DNA of 64,000 nucleotides from the human T2T-CHM13v2.0 reference genome, Homo sapiens, in NCBI RefSeq assembly GCF_009914755.1, contig NC_060927.1; one strand, given 5' to 3'. The position numbers and the translations under genes are program-made. Shown piece by piece: positions 29,994 to 59,978 of this stretch. Under the pieces are notes generated by a model. The model was not told the DNA's origin, did not search any database, and saw nothing but the letters and a program-made list of their open reading frames with translations. Within the stretch, counting starts at the first letter, position 1, and every line of letters begins with the position of its first letter.

Positions 29994-30149
29994 GTGAGAC
30001 CAAGCAATGGGACAGATGCACTGTTCACCTATGTATCAGAGGAGGGCAAAGAATCCTAGATTGTCCTAAATTATTTAACATTTCAGAGTCTTGATAGAAG
30101 ACTTCCTAGGACAGAAGTGTTTAAAGTTTCTCCTTGACTATTAGTGTAG

Positions 30150-30458
<309 letters not shown>

Positions 30459-30507
30459 TAGTGTAGCAATTGATGGCAAGTCTGCTATTTAAGAAATAGG
30501 ATTTTAC

Positions 30508-30640
30508 ACCAGGCACAGTGGTGTATGCCTGTAGTCCCTGCTACTAAGGATGCTGAGGTGGGAGGATTGCATTATGATTGTTCCTGTGAGTAGCCACTGC
30601 ACTCCAGCCTAGGCAACACAGCGAGACTGTATCTCTTTTT
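30508..30640 (+). mobile_element. Alu monomer/FRAM-like fragment with internal deletion
   Basis: Right-arm sequence missing its central part. Confidence 0.75.
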
Positions 30641-30714
30641 TAAAAAGAAAATGAAAGCGGGGTTTGGGGGATGAAAGAAGATTTTTCCTTAGACACAGAA
30701 AGCACATGAGGAGA

Positions 30715-30890
30715 GATGGGAGGGACTGCTTGATGGGCACAGAGTTTCCTTTTGGGGTGATGATATTATTACAGAACTAGATAGTGGTAATGGTTGTACA
30801 ACATTGTGAGTGTACTAAAAGCCACTGAATTATGCACTTTAAAATTGTTTAAATGGTGAACTTTATTAGTGAATTTTACCTCAATAAAAG
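30715..30890 (+). mobile_element. L1MB-type 3' end
   Basis: gagtttccttttggggtgatga...gccactgaattatgcactttaaaa...cctcaataaaa. Confidence 0.75.
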
Positions 30891-31068
30891 AAATGGGTTT
30901 GAGAAATTGATACCCTTGAAAAAAGAAATGAGATTTAAATTTTTTTATTCTGAAAATAGGACTTTTATAATAAACATATACCTATACTTTTAGATGTCAG
31001 GGAAAGTTTTTTCCTCTTGCCAAAACAGCTCTTGATGAAATTTACCAGATTTGTTTATTTTTATGTAG

Positions 31069-31187
31069 GCAAAATAACTCTAAGAGATCTGAAGAGGTGC
31101 AGAATGGCTCACATCTTCTATGACACTTTCTTTAATCTGGAGAAATACTTAGACCATGAACAGAGAGATCCCTTTGCGGTCCAGAAG
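31069..31187 (+). CDS. PPP2R3A: PPP2R3A coding exon (119 nt): KITLRDLKRCRMAHIFYDTFFNLEKYLDHEQRDPFAVQK
   Basis: tatgtag acceptor, gtaaca donor. Lies within ORF 31017..31199; frame consistent. Confidence 0.96.
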
Positions 31188-32088
31188 GTAACAGTATAAT
31201 TTTAACTTTTATTTGAGGGCTGCAGTGTCAGGGGCTGTGTGTGCTACATATTAACATGGTCTCTGCATGCTGGAATTTCGGTAAAGAGGTAACATTTGTA
31301 ACATTTCATTAAAGACTAAAAAGAGACAATAAAGGACCTCTAGAGCACATGTCTCTCCACAGCCGATCGTCAGGTCTAAGTAACCTGCATCTGTGTAAGC
31401 ACTTTCCACTGAGCGGACTCTATAGCTCATCTACTGATACACACACTGGAAACAAAAGAGTAGTTTTGAAAAAAAAATTGTCCTTCTAACTTTTAAAAAT
31501 ATATCAATAGGCACATCTGTATTAGAAACTATATTGGCCTTGATTCACTTGTACCATTCATTTCCAGGATTCCATGGTAAGTAGCTTTCCCCATCACGGT
31601 AAAAACTAGAGTTCTCCATGATAGAAAACCTTCAAATAATATAACGCCTTTTCACGTGTTAATGATTGCCGTTCATGGCTATCAGTTTTGAATGCATTCT
31701 ACATCTGAATAAAGCTGAATATCCTTCCCCAGACACACAAACCTGTGGACCCTCAGAAAACCCTATACATACGATCCATGTTAAAAATAAAAACAATGTC
31801 ACCCCTTGTTCTTACCATTCCTCTAAGAAGTAAAAATTATGTTAAGAACAGACTGTTGCAGTTGAGTAACAGTAAACTATAAGAAGCTTTTGCATTCTTT
31901 TTTCTTCTGCATGTTCCATAACTGTTTGACCTAAATAGTAGTAAGAATATGATCACCTTCTAAATAAGATAAATAAGAATTTATCGCCTTCCAAAAACAA
32001 ATATTCTGCAGCTGACCTCAGCATATCAAGTTGCATTATCGCTGGCTTAAAGTCTGTTATGGTTCATTGAATTTAACATGCTCCATAA

Positions 32089-32411
<323 letters not shown>

Positions 32412-33147
32412 TGTTTTATAGTTCTCTAAGCAAAAACAAAACCCCAAACATTGCCAGTTGTAAGCCTATAATGCATTGCAATTTTATAAATGTTAGAAGG
32501 ATAGAGATGGGGTCTTAAAAGGAGTTAAATATAGTAATTAATAGTGGTCATTGTTTAGGAACTTAACATTATTCTTGGCATAACTAACTCTAGACCCTAG
32601 GGCAATACTAACTCATGTTCGGCTTGGAAAGACATTTTATCTGAAACATAAAATTTCAAGAAAATTCACAAAAGTGTGTGGTCTTTTCCCTCTTCACTTA
32701 TTTTCTTTGTGTTACCATTTTTACTCTAAAAAAATTACCTTTAAATTTTACTTTTTTTAATAAATGGTATAATTATTGATATTTGTTCTGATCTACAAAG
32801 AACATTATTAGTCAGTGCTTAATAAATTCTGGGCACTGTGTTGAAGAGATACTGGATATATGGAGATGGCAGAGATACAAGAACAAAAGGTGGCAACCAA
32901 AGTATCTACATTAGGAAAAAGGAAGTGATATGGAGAGAAGGGCTGTTTCCAGGAAGCTATCACAGACAGCGTGGTATCTGAGTTGGCTTTTAAAGAACAA
33001 AAATTTGCCAGCGAATGGGGGCTTGGGGAAGGTACATTTCAGGCGGGCCTGTGGCAAACCACAAGTCACTCCAGGTGGCTGCTGTGCAAAGTGCCAGAGG
33101 AGAGGGGACCAGAGAAATGTCTCTGATTACAAGGCTAAAGAGTAGAC

Positions 33148-33793
<646 letters not shown>

Positions 33794-34020
33794 ATGGAAT
33801 CTATACCTAAAAAACCTGGCTGCTAAACAGTTATAATTTTGCCATTTGAGGTGTAGAAAATTACCTTAGGAGTTTTACCTTAGCACCTCTTTTAAACCTG
33901 TTGAAATGAAACATTTTTCAGGTAGGATTTTTTCAGCAGTATACATTTGTGTGATGATCTATCTCCAATTCTTTGTCTTTGATTTTTTTTATTTCTCGTG
34001 GCTGTCTTCTTTCCAATCAG

Positions 34021-34127
34021 GATGTTGAGAACGATGGGCCTGAGCCCTCAGACTGGGACCGGTTTGCCGCTGAGGAGTATGAGACGCTTGTTGCAGAGGA
34101 ATCTGCCCAAGCACAATTCCAGGAAGG
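34021..34127 (+). CDS. PPP2R3A: PPP2R3A coding exon (107 nt), probably penultimate: DVENDGPEPSDWDRFAAEEYETLVAEESAQAQFQE(G)
   Basis: ttccaatcag acceptor, gtgagt donor; SDWDRFAAEEYE motif. No following coding exon recognised before 64000. Confidence 0.95.
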
Positions 34128-34437
34128 GTGAGTAAGTTTCCCTATGTCTTATAGAATTTTTAACAGGAATGCGCATGTCCAGAGTATTAAAACCCCCTTA
34201 CAAAATCCTTTTCTGTTTTTTCCATTTTTGAATAGCATAAAAATGTGATTTAGCCAACTTTAGTTAAATGATTATTTTTTCCAGCAATCTTCACTCATTT
34301 CCTGACAGAGTCTTCTCATGTCCATTTCCTTTAATGAGTCTCATCTTTCACTGGAAACCGAGATCACTGAACAATCAAACTACTGTTTTAGTGATATTGA
34401 TAAACCCTGTACATAAAGGAGGAGGCTAAAAGAACTA

Positions 34438-34770
<333 letters not shown>

Positions 34771-35734
34771 TCAATAATAATAAAGATGATCATGTTTAGA
34801 ACAAATCTTTATTATACATGGTTTTGTGCAGGAAGTAACTTCTACATGTATTTCTACTAGTCAGGGCATAATTCCATAAAGGGACCATGTTAAGAAATTT
34901 AATTATCCAAGAATTTGACTCCTTGGATCACTTCAGCAACTTTATAATTTGCTGGTTTTTTCCATCATCTTCTAGTAACTCCTTTTGTAATTCTTCTAAT
35001 TCTTCCTTAGTCATAGCTTCTGTAAAGGCCTCAATTAATCTTTCTCATTAATGTAGTGTACTTTTTGAACAGGCACTATTCATATAATATTCAAAGAAAC
35101 AAAAGAAATAGTAAAAAGTTTCCTACTACCCACTTCTCCTCCCCAGAAGCAACAAGTGTCATCATGTTCTTGCTTACTCTTCCAAAGAGCCTCTCTCTCC
35201 ACCTATCTATGTATATTTAGAAAGATACATGAATTCTTTTTTTTTTTTTTTTTTTTTTTGAGACAGTCTCAAATGTGGTCTCTGATGTGGTCCATTCAGG
35301 TCAGCCTCCTGAGGCATAGAGATAGAGGAAGAGCAGGTCTAGAGGGATAAACAGAAACTATCCAGCCCCATAGATAAAGTCAAATAGTCCTCAATATAGA
35401 TTGTACCATTTTATACCTCTACCATTCATTAAATATTATCTTTTTTGAGGGTGCTGAACAAGCCATCAGCAAAGAGCTTTCTTTCACTGAGAGATTTCTT
35501 TAACCTGCTTAGCCACAAAACTAGGATTTCATTTTTATGGCAGTGACCTGGAAACCCTTAAAATCATTCATCGTGCACTCAGTATCTTAAGCCTGACTGC
35601 ATCAGAATATAGGAAAATGGATTCACAAGCATGATTTAAAGGTTTTTTTGGCATTGAGCTTCCATACTAGGAATTAGGGTTAGCATACCAATCTTAAGAA
35701 GCAACAATGCTGCAGTTAAGAATATGTGTGGATT

Positions 35735-36030
35735 GGCCAGGCGCAGTCACTCATGGCTGTAATCCCAGCACTTTGGGAGGCTGAGGCAAACAGATCACTT
35801 GAGCCCAGGAGTTCGAGACCAGCCTGGGCAATGTGGCGAAACCCCATCTCTACAAAAAATACAAAAGTTAGCCAGGTGTGATGGTGTGTGCCTGTAGTCC
35901 CAGCTACTCAGGAGGCTGAGGTGGGAGGATCACTTGAGTATGGGAGGCAGAGGCTGCAGTGAGCTGAGATTATGCCATTGCACTCCAGCCTGGCCTGCAG
36001 AGCTAGCTAGACCCTGACACACACACACAC
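35735..36030 (+). mobile_element. Alu (J-type) with (CA)n tail
   Basis: Dimeric Alu. Confidence 0.9.
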
Positions 36031-36239
36031 AGCAAGTGTGGATGTTTATAATAGTGAAAATTTGGAGGCAATCTAGGTATCTAATGGGAAGATTAATAAA
36101 ATTATACTACATGTACCCAGTACAGTTCCATTAAGCATTAAAATCATTTTGTGGATGTGTACTTCTGGACTTTAATTAGGAAAAACGGGATGAGGAAGAA
36201 GACTATGAAAGATCAAGTAAAATGTAATAGAAAAGAAAC

Positions 36240-39200
36240 AAAAAAAGTATCCAAAAGAAAATTAGGTATAGGTAAGGAAAGCAAATGGGATCTTATTTAT
36301 GTGTTTTAGACAAAAGAATATATGAAATAGTAAAGTATATTAAAAGACAATAGGAAAGCTTTTTTGAAATAAAAGAAAACCTGAATAGGAAAGGTCAGAA
36401 ATCACGCCATATCCAGGAAATACTGATAATGAATAGTGATGGACCCCAGATTTGCATTGTGAATTTACTAGAACTCAAGGATGAATAAAGGTTTATCATT
36501 GGGTTTTTTTTTTCCAGTTTTAAAAATTCAAGTCACCAGACAACTGGTAAATAAATAAATAAATAAATCAGCATGCCTCAGTAAAATTGAATACTGAAAG
36601 ACCATGAAACAATGTTTGCAACTTCCTCAGAGAAAGAAGCTCTATACCCAAGAATTTTAGACCAAGCCAAGATGGTATTCAAGCATAAAGATGCTGATAG
36701 ATATTGTCAAACATACGAGAACTAGAGATTATATAGTACCCAGGAGCTCTTCTTTAAAAAGTACATAATCATAAAACCAAGAGACAAGCCAAAATAAAAA
36801 GCCGGAAATGAGCAGCCATGGTAGAAAAGAAATAATAGTGAGCATTCAATCCATTTAAATGTAGAAATGAGGCTAAACAACTATGGGCATTAAAAGAGAG
36901 CAGAACATAATATTCCATAAGAAAAAAATAGTGTAACTGAAGATGTAAAAATGAGGAAGTAAATATATGTGTAAGTTTCATTAGCAGGGTCTCAACAGAT
37001 GCTCTCAAAAGCTGATAAGTTGGGGTTTAAGAAAATTATAATAAGCTGTTACAAAACTAAAGCCAGACTAACTATTCTAATTAAATCAGAAAACATGTAC
37101 ACACAAAAGAAAAACACAGACCATGCGGCATAAACTAAAGATGCCAGAACTAACGCAAATATTTCTAGATCAGTGAATGTAAAAGGAATAAAGTCACTTA
37201 TCAAAATAAAAAGATTCAATTATTGAATGACAACAACAAAGGTTGAATATAAAAATAATTAAGACCCCCAAAAAAACTGTCTTGATAACATCAGATTTTT
37301 AAAGCAAAAACAAAAAAGGAGAAATTGAAACCTATTACTTGAAGACACAGTAAAGTATTCCCTTAAGATAGATAAAAATACCTTTGTGGTTTATGTTCAT
37401 AGATCATTTACAAAATACATATTAGGCCACAAACAACACTTCAGTGGACTTCTAAAAACTAGCATTAATATAGTAATATAGACCAGCATTAGACTCAGCA
37501 TCTGAGTTAAACTGAAAGTATGCTATAGTTTTCAGTTTCAAACCACATAAAAGTAAGAAATACAGAATATCACTTAGAAGAGAAACTTTCAGCGGGCCAC
37601 TAAAAGAAGGAAAGCAGATGGGATCAAAATGAAGGAGCCAGCAGCTTAGATTCTTCATAGTAGAATGTATAAAATAATTAGACAGGTAATGGGAGTAGCA
37701 CTTAATGATCTCTACCTGAATTTGACTGAAACCAATAGCAAGAAGAAGACCAGAAGAAGATGTGTCTAGGTAGGTCAACTCCTGTATATCCCACCCTACC
37801 CCTAAAGGAAAGACAAAAGCCCTGACTATGGAGCTTGGAACAGAGAAAGCCCAGTCACTGAAATAGCTACACCTCAGCAACATATCACATCCCATCTCAT
37901 TCTGTCCCCAACTCATATCCCTGTTCTCATTAAAAACCCCAACAACCCCACCGCCCCTTCCTAAGCAGCCAGTGAGAACAGAAGCAGCAGTCTGTTCTCA
38001 ACTACTTAAAAGGTGGACAAATATCAAACAGTTAAGAAATATCAATGAAATACTCAACAAATGGAAGAACTTATACCCTTGGAAGGAGACACAATCAGAA
38101 CAAGACATCAAAATGAGCATATTTACTATTTTCAAAGGAATAAGAGAGAATATCACACTCCTAAACCAACACTAGAACCAGTTTCTTAGAAATGAAAGTT
38201 TTATTAAAAAAAAAATGCAGCCATTGGACTGAATAATAGAATGGAAAAAACTGAAAAGTTTTTGATTTGGGATACTGGCGTAAGAAATCCTCTTTGGAAG
38301 CAATAGAAATAATAGCTTAATAATTCCGAGAATTTTAGTTGTTTGAGCAAATAAAAAGATACACAGGAGAAGGAATCAGCAATTTTTTTCTAACCAGTTA
38401 TAAATACTTGAGGCTTTGTGGGCCTCTGCCACAACTAAGCAGCCATTGATAATATGTAAGCAAGTGTATGTGGCTATGTTCCAATAAAACTTTAGTAACA
38501 GACACTGAGCTATTCATTTCATATTATTTTCATGTCACAAATATTCTTTTGTTTTTCAAACTTAAAAATGTAAAACTATTTTTAGCTCACAGGCTGTACC
38601 AAAGCAGATGGCAAGATAGGTTTGGCCCACAGACTATAGTTGTCAACCTCTGTGAGTGAAATTTCAGAATACGAAAGATAGGAAAGGTCTGAAGATCTAC
38701 CAGAAAGAAAAAAACATTATCCATAAAGTGTACACAAAAAGAAATGGAACAAAATTATTCAAGTACTGCAAAAAAAATAACTACAAACCTAAAATTCTGT
38801 TCTTACTCAAATGTGAGGGACAAATAAAGACATTTTCAGGCTTGTAAAAAGAGGTGCAAAAAGTATACCACAGAATATCTCTGAAACAAATATTAAATGA
38901 TATTCTTCAGCAAGAAGGTAAATGGATCCTAGAGGAAACAGTGGGAGGAAAGAAGCAATTGTGAGCAATAAAAATAGTAAAAATTATTCTTAGGACTAAA
39001 TAAGTATTGATCACAGATATATAAGAGAGAAAAAGGAATTGGAGTAATATCCTATGGTTCTTATTTGTATAAGAGTAGAGAAATATAGACATTGATAAAG
39101 TTGTATTTCTCCAACAATGGTTAAAGTATGTCTGTTAAAAATTTAAGATATTTTCACTAGAAGAATAAAAATAAAATGGAAAACTTTCATATCAGTTTCA

Positions 39201-39250
39201 GAAAAAGGTTATTAACTGAAAAAAATTGAGTAAAAACTCAAACTACTTGA
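36240..39250 (+). mobile_element. Ancient L1M/HAL1-like degraded sequence
   Basis: A-rich strand with ORF1-like remnants (cccaagaattttagaccaagccaa, ctacaaacctaaaattctg..aaatgtgagg); low resolution. Confidence 0.45.
38370..38652. mobile_element. MER58B-like hAT element
   Basis: ggctttgtgggcc, tggctatgttccaataaaacttt and tttggcccacagactatagttgtcaacctctg. Confidence 0.75.
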
Positions 39251-40611
39251 AAGTACATTAATCAGCATTCTTCTGGTGGCAAGTTACCTAAACTCCGCTC
39301 AAAGTAGCAATAAGCCAAACTTCTTCATACATACAAACTAGAAAACTTAGAAGAAATTGATAAATTCCTGAAAACATACAACCTCCTAAGATTGAACCAG
39401 GAATAAACCGAAACACTGAACAGACCAGTAATGAGTTCTGAACTTGATCAGTAATTAAAAAAAAAAAACTACCAATCAGATAAAACCCTGGACTAGACAG
39501 ATTCACAGCCAAATTCTTCCAGATGTATAAAGAAGAGCTGGTACCAATCCTGCTGAAATTATTTCAAAAAATCAAGGAGGGACTCCTCTCTAACTCATTC
39601 TGTGAGGATAGCATCATTCTGATACTAAAACCTGGCAGACACAATAAAAAAAACTTCAGGCCAATATCCTTGATGAACATACACACAAAAACCCACAACA
39701 AAATAGTAGCAAATTAAATTCAGCAGCACATCAAAAAGCTAATCCACCACAATCATGTAGGCTTTATTCCTGGGATACGAGGTTGGTTCAACATATGCAA
39801 ACCAATAAATGCAATTCGTCACATGAATAGAACAAAAAACAAAAACCACATGGTCATCTTAATGGACACAGAAAAGGCTTTTGATAAAATTCAGCACCCC
39901 TTCATGTTAAAAACCCTCAACAAACTGGCATCTAAGGAACATACCTCAAAATAATAAGGGCCATCTATGACAAACCCACAGCCAGCGTCACAATGAATGG
40001 GCAAAAGCTGGAAGCATTCCCCTTGAGACCCAGAAGAAGATAAATATGCCCATTCTCACCACTGCTATTCAACATAGTGATGGAAGTCCTATCCAGAGCA
40101 ATCAGGGAACAGAAAGAAAACTCATCAAAATAGGAAGAGAGAAAGTCAAGCTATCCGTCTTTGCAGATGATATAATTCTATACCTAGAAAACCCATAGTA
40201 TCTACCCAAAGGCTCCTAGATCTGATAAACGACTTCAGTAAGGTTTCAGGATACAAAATCAGTGTACAAAAATCAGCAGCATTTCTATACACCAACAGCA
40301 TTCAAGCTGAGAGCCAAATGAAGAGCACAATCCCATTTGCAATAGCCACAAAAAGAATAAGATACCTGGGAATAAGGGATGTGAAAGATCTCTCTACAAC
40401 AGTAATTACAAATCACTGCCAAAAGAAATCACAGACAACATTAAAAAATGGAAAAACATTCTATGCTCATGGATAGCAAGAATCAATATTGTTAAAATGA
40501 CCATGCTGCCCATTGTGCTCGTGGACAGGAAGAATCAATATTGTTAACATGGGCATACTACCCAAAGCAATCTACAGATTCAGTGCTATTCCTATCATAC
40601 TACCAACATCA

Positions 40612-41004
<393 letters not shown>

Positions 41005-41311
41005 CTACCCAACTTCAAACTATACTACAAGGCTGCAGTAACCAAAACAGCATGGTGCTGATACAAAAACAGACACACAGACTGCGTGGAACAAGATTAT
41101 ATGGAACACCAGTGGAACAGATTAGAGAACTCAAAAATGAAGCACACCTACAACCACCTGTTTTTTGACAAAGTTGATAGTAAGCAATGAGGAAAGAACT
41201 CCCTATTCAATAAATGGTGCTGGCTAATCATATGCATTAGATTGAAACTGGACCCCTTCCTTTCACCATATACAAAAGTCAATGCAAGATAGAATAAAGA
41301 CTTAAATGTAA

Positions 41312-41620
<309 letters not shown>

Positions 41621-41767
41621 GACTTAAATGTAAGACCTAAAACTAGAAGAAAACCTGGGAAATAACATTCTCGACATAGGCCTTGGCAAAGATTTCATGA
41701 TGAAGTCTCCAAAAGCATCTGCAACAAAAACAAAAGTAGACAAGTGGGGCCTAATTAAAGAGCTTCT

Positions 41768-48403
<6,636 letters not shown>

Positions 48404-49979
48404 GTGCTTCTGCACAATAGAAGAAATTATTAACAGGGTAAACAGACAACCTGCAGAATGGGAGAAAATATTCTCAAACTGTGCATTTCACAGAGGTCTA
48501 ATATTCAGCATCTATAAGGAACTTAAAAAAATCAACAAGGGAAAAACAGCCCCATTAAAAAATGCCCATAGGACATGAACAGACACTTCTCAAAAGTGAG
48601 ACATACAAGCAGGCAACAAGCATATGAAAAAATGTTCAACATCACTAATCATTAGAGAAATGCAAATCAAAACCACAATGAGATACTATCTCACACCAGT
48701 CAGAAGGGCTATTCTTAAAAAGTTAAAAAAAAATCACAGATGTTGGCAGGGTTCCAGAGAAAAGGGAATGCACATACACTGCTGGTGGATGGGAATGTAA
48801 ATTAGTTCAGCCACACTGTGGGGAGCAGTTTGGATATTTTTCAAGGAACTTAGAACTACATTCAACCCAGCAATCCCACTGCTGGGTATATATACCCAAA
48901 GGAAAATAAATGATTCTACCAAAAAGACACATGCACTTATACGTCCATCATATTCACAATAGCAAAGACATGGAATCAACCTAGATGCCTATCAGTGGTG
49001 GACTGAATAAAGAAAACATGGTACCTATACACCATGGAATACTATGCAGTCATTAAAAGAAAAGGAATGAAATCATGTCCTTTGCAGCAACATGGATGCA
49101 GCTGGAGGCCATTTTCCTAAGCAAATTAAAGCAGGAACAGAAAACCAAATACCTTATGTTCTCACTTATAGGTGGGAGCTAAACATTGAATACACATGCA
49201 CACAAAGAAGGGAACAGTAGACACCAGGGCCTGCTTGAGGGTAGAGGATAGGAGGAGGGTGATAGTCAAAAAGCTACCTATCAAGTACTGTGCTACTACC
49301 TGGGTGGTGAAATCATGTGTACACCACAACCCAGCAACATGCAATTTACCCATGTAACAAACCTGCATAGGTACCCCTTGAATCTAAAATAAAAGTTGAA
49401 AAAGAAAAAAGAACTTCATAGGGAACAAAAACAATTTCTAAGAGATGAAAGCTTTAATAACTAACTGAATTGTAACTAATATTCTCGGAAAGAGAAGAGA
49501 TTATATTAATAAATTTTGAATGGTTTTTTTAATGAAAAGTCAGGGAATGAGAGCTTCTGAAAATTAAAAATATATTAGTAAAAATGGAAACTCAGCAGAA
49601 GATTTGGAAGATGAAATTGAGAATATTTTCACTAAACTGTAATTCCAAATCTCAACATGCTAGGTTTTCACTTGATTATCTAACAGAAGTCTAGCTGATT
49701 TTTTTCCCAATGTTCCCTTCCAATGCAATACCTGAGAATTCTCAAAACATAAAATTCTGAAGGTTTAAAAATATATTTTAAGATAACCTTTAAGCAAAAA
49801 AGGAAATCTTTTGCTTAAAAAATCAAAAAAATACAAATTACGATCTTTTTAGAACCAGACAATGAAAGTATTCTATTTATTACAACCTGTGGGATATGGA
49901 CAGGAAGAAATTTGTAGCCTGTATACTGAAATAAATGAATTAGGCAATCCATTCAAGATGCATGAAAAAGGATGACATA

Positions 49980-50130
49980 GCTGGGCACGGTGACTCACAC
50001 CTGTAACCCCAACACTCTGGGAAGCTGAGGCGGAAGGATCACTTGAGCCCAGAAGTTTAACGTTATGGTGAACTATGATCACACCACTGCACTCCATCCT
50101 GGGTGACAAAGTGAGCCTCAGACTTGAAAA
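49980..50130 (+). mobile_element. Alu monomer/internally deleted Alu
   Basis: Left-arm start fused to right-arm end. Confidence 0.8.
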
Positions 50131-50153
50131 GAAACAGGATGACAAAATAAAGT

Positions 50154-50399
50154 ACAACTCTCCCTCCATATATGTGAAGGATTGATTCCAGGACTGCCTG
50201 TGTGTACCCAAATTTGCATATAGTCAAGTCCCACAGTCAGCCTTGCAAAAACCCACATATATGAAAGTTTACCCTCCTGCAGTTAAATATATATGAGTTT
50301 TGCATCCCTTGAATACTGTATTTTTACCTGCATTTTGTTGGAAATCCATGTATAAGAAGACCCATGAAGTTCAGACCGATATTATTCAAGGGTCAACTG
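50154..50399. mobile_element. MER8-like Tigger element
   Basis: ggattgattccaggac...caagtcccacagtcagcc...ttcaagggtcaactg with TA flanks. Confidence 0.75.
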
Positions 50400-52011
50400 T
50401 ATATATTAGGAAGAAATCAAACACTTCTACGTAAACAACAACAAAAAAATCTATTTATACATACACACAGAGAGCATACTATGTAACAAGCACTGTTCTA
50501 CATATTTTAATTCATTGTGCTCACAGAGCCCTATGTGTTGGATACTGTTATGTTACAGTTAACGAAAACTGAACCACAGAAGATTATGTAAATTGTCAAA
50601 TCTCTCAATGTATAAAAGAATACATCAGAAGTAAATGGGTGTTATCCCAGGACTGGAACATTAGTTTATCCTTACAAAATCTGTCATTAGCGATTAAAGG
50701 AGACAAAATTATAAAAATTTAAATTGATTCTTTGAAGGCATCTCATAAAATTTAATATATTTTGTAGTTTGGGGGAAAAAATCTTAAAACTAAGCAAACT
50801 AAGATAAGTAACTCTTTAATGGATAAAGGGTTTTAGTTCCATATCCCAGAAATAACCAGTTAAAAATGACCAGTTGCTGTGTTAATTTATTAATTTAATA
50901 TAATTTATCCCCCAAAATACGTTGTGGAACTTAGTAAGCTAGTTTTAAAGTTCCCATGGCATAATAAGGACACAGAATAGCAATGAGTTATGAAAAGAAA
51001 CAAAGGTATGGTGGGGTACAGGAGAGATGGACTATATAAAACCATAGTAATAATTAAAGCAAGTATATTATTCACGTCAAAACAGAAAAATTATGCATAG
51101 CAATGGGTAGCATATGATAAAGATAGCATGTTAAATGTGTCAGGAAAAGGCTAGTCAGTAAAATGTTGGTTCTCCATGGTGGGGCAAAATAAATGCATAT
51201 TAAACTAATGTCTGCATGAAAATAAAGACTTTAAAAGCATAAAAGTAATGGAAGAAATGTATAAGGAAATTATTTATAGATTTGAGTAAATTTTAAAAGT
51301 AACCCAAAAAAGTGACAAAATTCTGCATCACAATCAAAGGGCAAACTGGGTTGCATCATATGACCAATATTTTGTTTTATAAATAGGGTTCTTCAAAATC
51401 AATAGTAAGAACATAAATATTGTCCAGTTCAAAAGACAGACATTTTACCCAGGAAACAAACATAAATATTCCTGCTTCACTAGTGTTAAAATGCAGTAGC
51501 CAGATGTGATCATTTTAAATGTATGTGTATCAAACAACACAGCCACAAAATACATTAAATAAAAATTTCCAGACTTGAAAGGAGAAATAGATAAGTCAAC
51601 AATTACAGTTGGAGATTTCAACACTTCTCATTCAGTAATTGATAGAACGATTGCAGACACTCAAGGATACAGAAGACTTAATAGTCAACACATTTGATTT
51701 AATCATTATTAGGGCACACTCCACAAAACAACAAAAATATATATACACTGTTTCATCCAGGTGTACACAGAACTTTTCCAGACCACATCTTTGGCAGATA
51801 AAATAAGACTTGATAAATTCAAATGATTACAATAATATAAATATGTTGTTTGATTAAAAATTGAATTAAATTAGAAAACAGATCTGGGAACACCAAAATA
51901 TTTGGAAATTAAATGACACACTCTTAAGATGCATAGGTCAAAGAAAAAACCACAGGGAAATTCAAAATTATCTTTAAATGAATGAAAAGAACATGTGAAA
52001 ATATATGGGAT

Positions 52012-52300
52012 GGACTGGGCACAGTGGCTCATGCCAGTAATCTGAGCACTCTGGGAGGACAAGTTGGGAAGATTGCGTGGGGCCAGGAGTTCAAGATCAG
52101 ACTGGGCAGCACAGCGAGACCCCATTTCTACAGAATTAGCCGGGCATGGGGATGGCATACACCTATAGTTCTAGCTGCCTGAGAGGCTGAAGCAAGAGGA
52201 TTGCTTGAACCCAGAAGTTTGAGGTTACAGTGAGCTACGATCCACACCACTGCACTCCAGCCCAAGTGACAAACTGAGACCTTGTCTCAAAAAAGAAAGA
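52012..52300 (+). mobile_element. Alu (J-type)
   Basis: TSD aaaatatatgggat/aaaacatatgggat. Confidence 0.9.
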
Positions 52301-52842
52301 AAACATATGGGATGTTTTCTAAGCACCCTAAAGCAGTGCTTAGAGGGACAGTTATCACTTAGAAAGGTCTAATATCAACAATATAAGCTTCCACCTTCAG
52401 CTAGAAAAAAAAGAGCAAACAAGACCAAAAATAGAAAAAAGGATATAATAAAATCAGAATAGAAATCAATGAAATAGAAAACAGGAAAAAATATAAAATT
52501 ATAATTAATTAAACCAAAACCTGGTTCCTTAGAAAGATTTTTTTAAAAGATAAAGGTTCAGCTAAACCAACAAAAAAAGAGAAAAGGTATAAATTAACAG
52601 TATCAGGAATGGAAGAGGAAACATCACAGTAGGTACTACAGAAGTTAAAAGAATTATACGGGAATATTATGAACAACTTTATCCAAATTTCACACCTTGG
52701 ATGAAATGGGGAAAAAATGCTAGAAAAACTCAAATTACAAAAACTGACTCAAGAAGAAATTGAAAAATCAGAATAGGCCTATATCAAATAAAGATACTGA
52801 ATTTGTTATTAAAAGTCTTCCCCATAAGAAAAGTCCAAGTCC

Positions 52843-53147
<305 letters not shown>

Positions 53148-53362
53148 GGAGAAGTCCAAGTCCAGATGACTTCACTGATTAATTCTGTCCAATATTTAAG
53201 GGAAAAAAATACCAATCTTTCACAAGTACTTCCAGAAAATAATAGTAGGAGGGAATACTTCCAAAATCACTCTGTAAAGCCAGTATCACCCTAATATCAA
53301 AGCCAGACAAAGACATCTTGTCTTGTGTATTGAATATCACAAAGAATTAAAACTACAAATCA

Positions 53363-53644
<282 letters not shown>

Positions 53645-53820
53645 TCAATGTAATACAACCATATTAATAGAAAAAATGACAAAAAGCACATTATCATTGA
53701 CAAAACCCAACATCCATTGACAATAATTCTCACCCAAGTAAGGATAGAGGGGAAGTTGCTAAGCCTGATAAAGGACATCTGTAGTTAACATCACAGTTAT
53801 GGTTAAAAGAAAAAAAAGGA

Positions 53821-59978
<6,158 letters not shown>

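Noticed and set aside
29994-30094. ORF 29801..30094 extends beyond the EF-hand exon
   Set aside because: Read-through past a good gtgaga donor; the extension has no family similarity.
37452-37916. 154-aa minus-strand ORF
   Set aside because: No recognisable domain; lies opposite A-rich degraded L1-like DNA.
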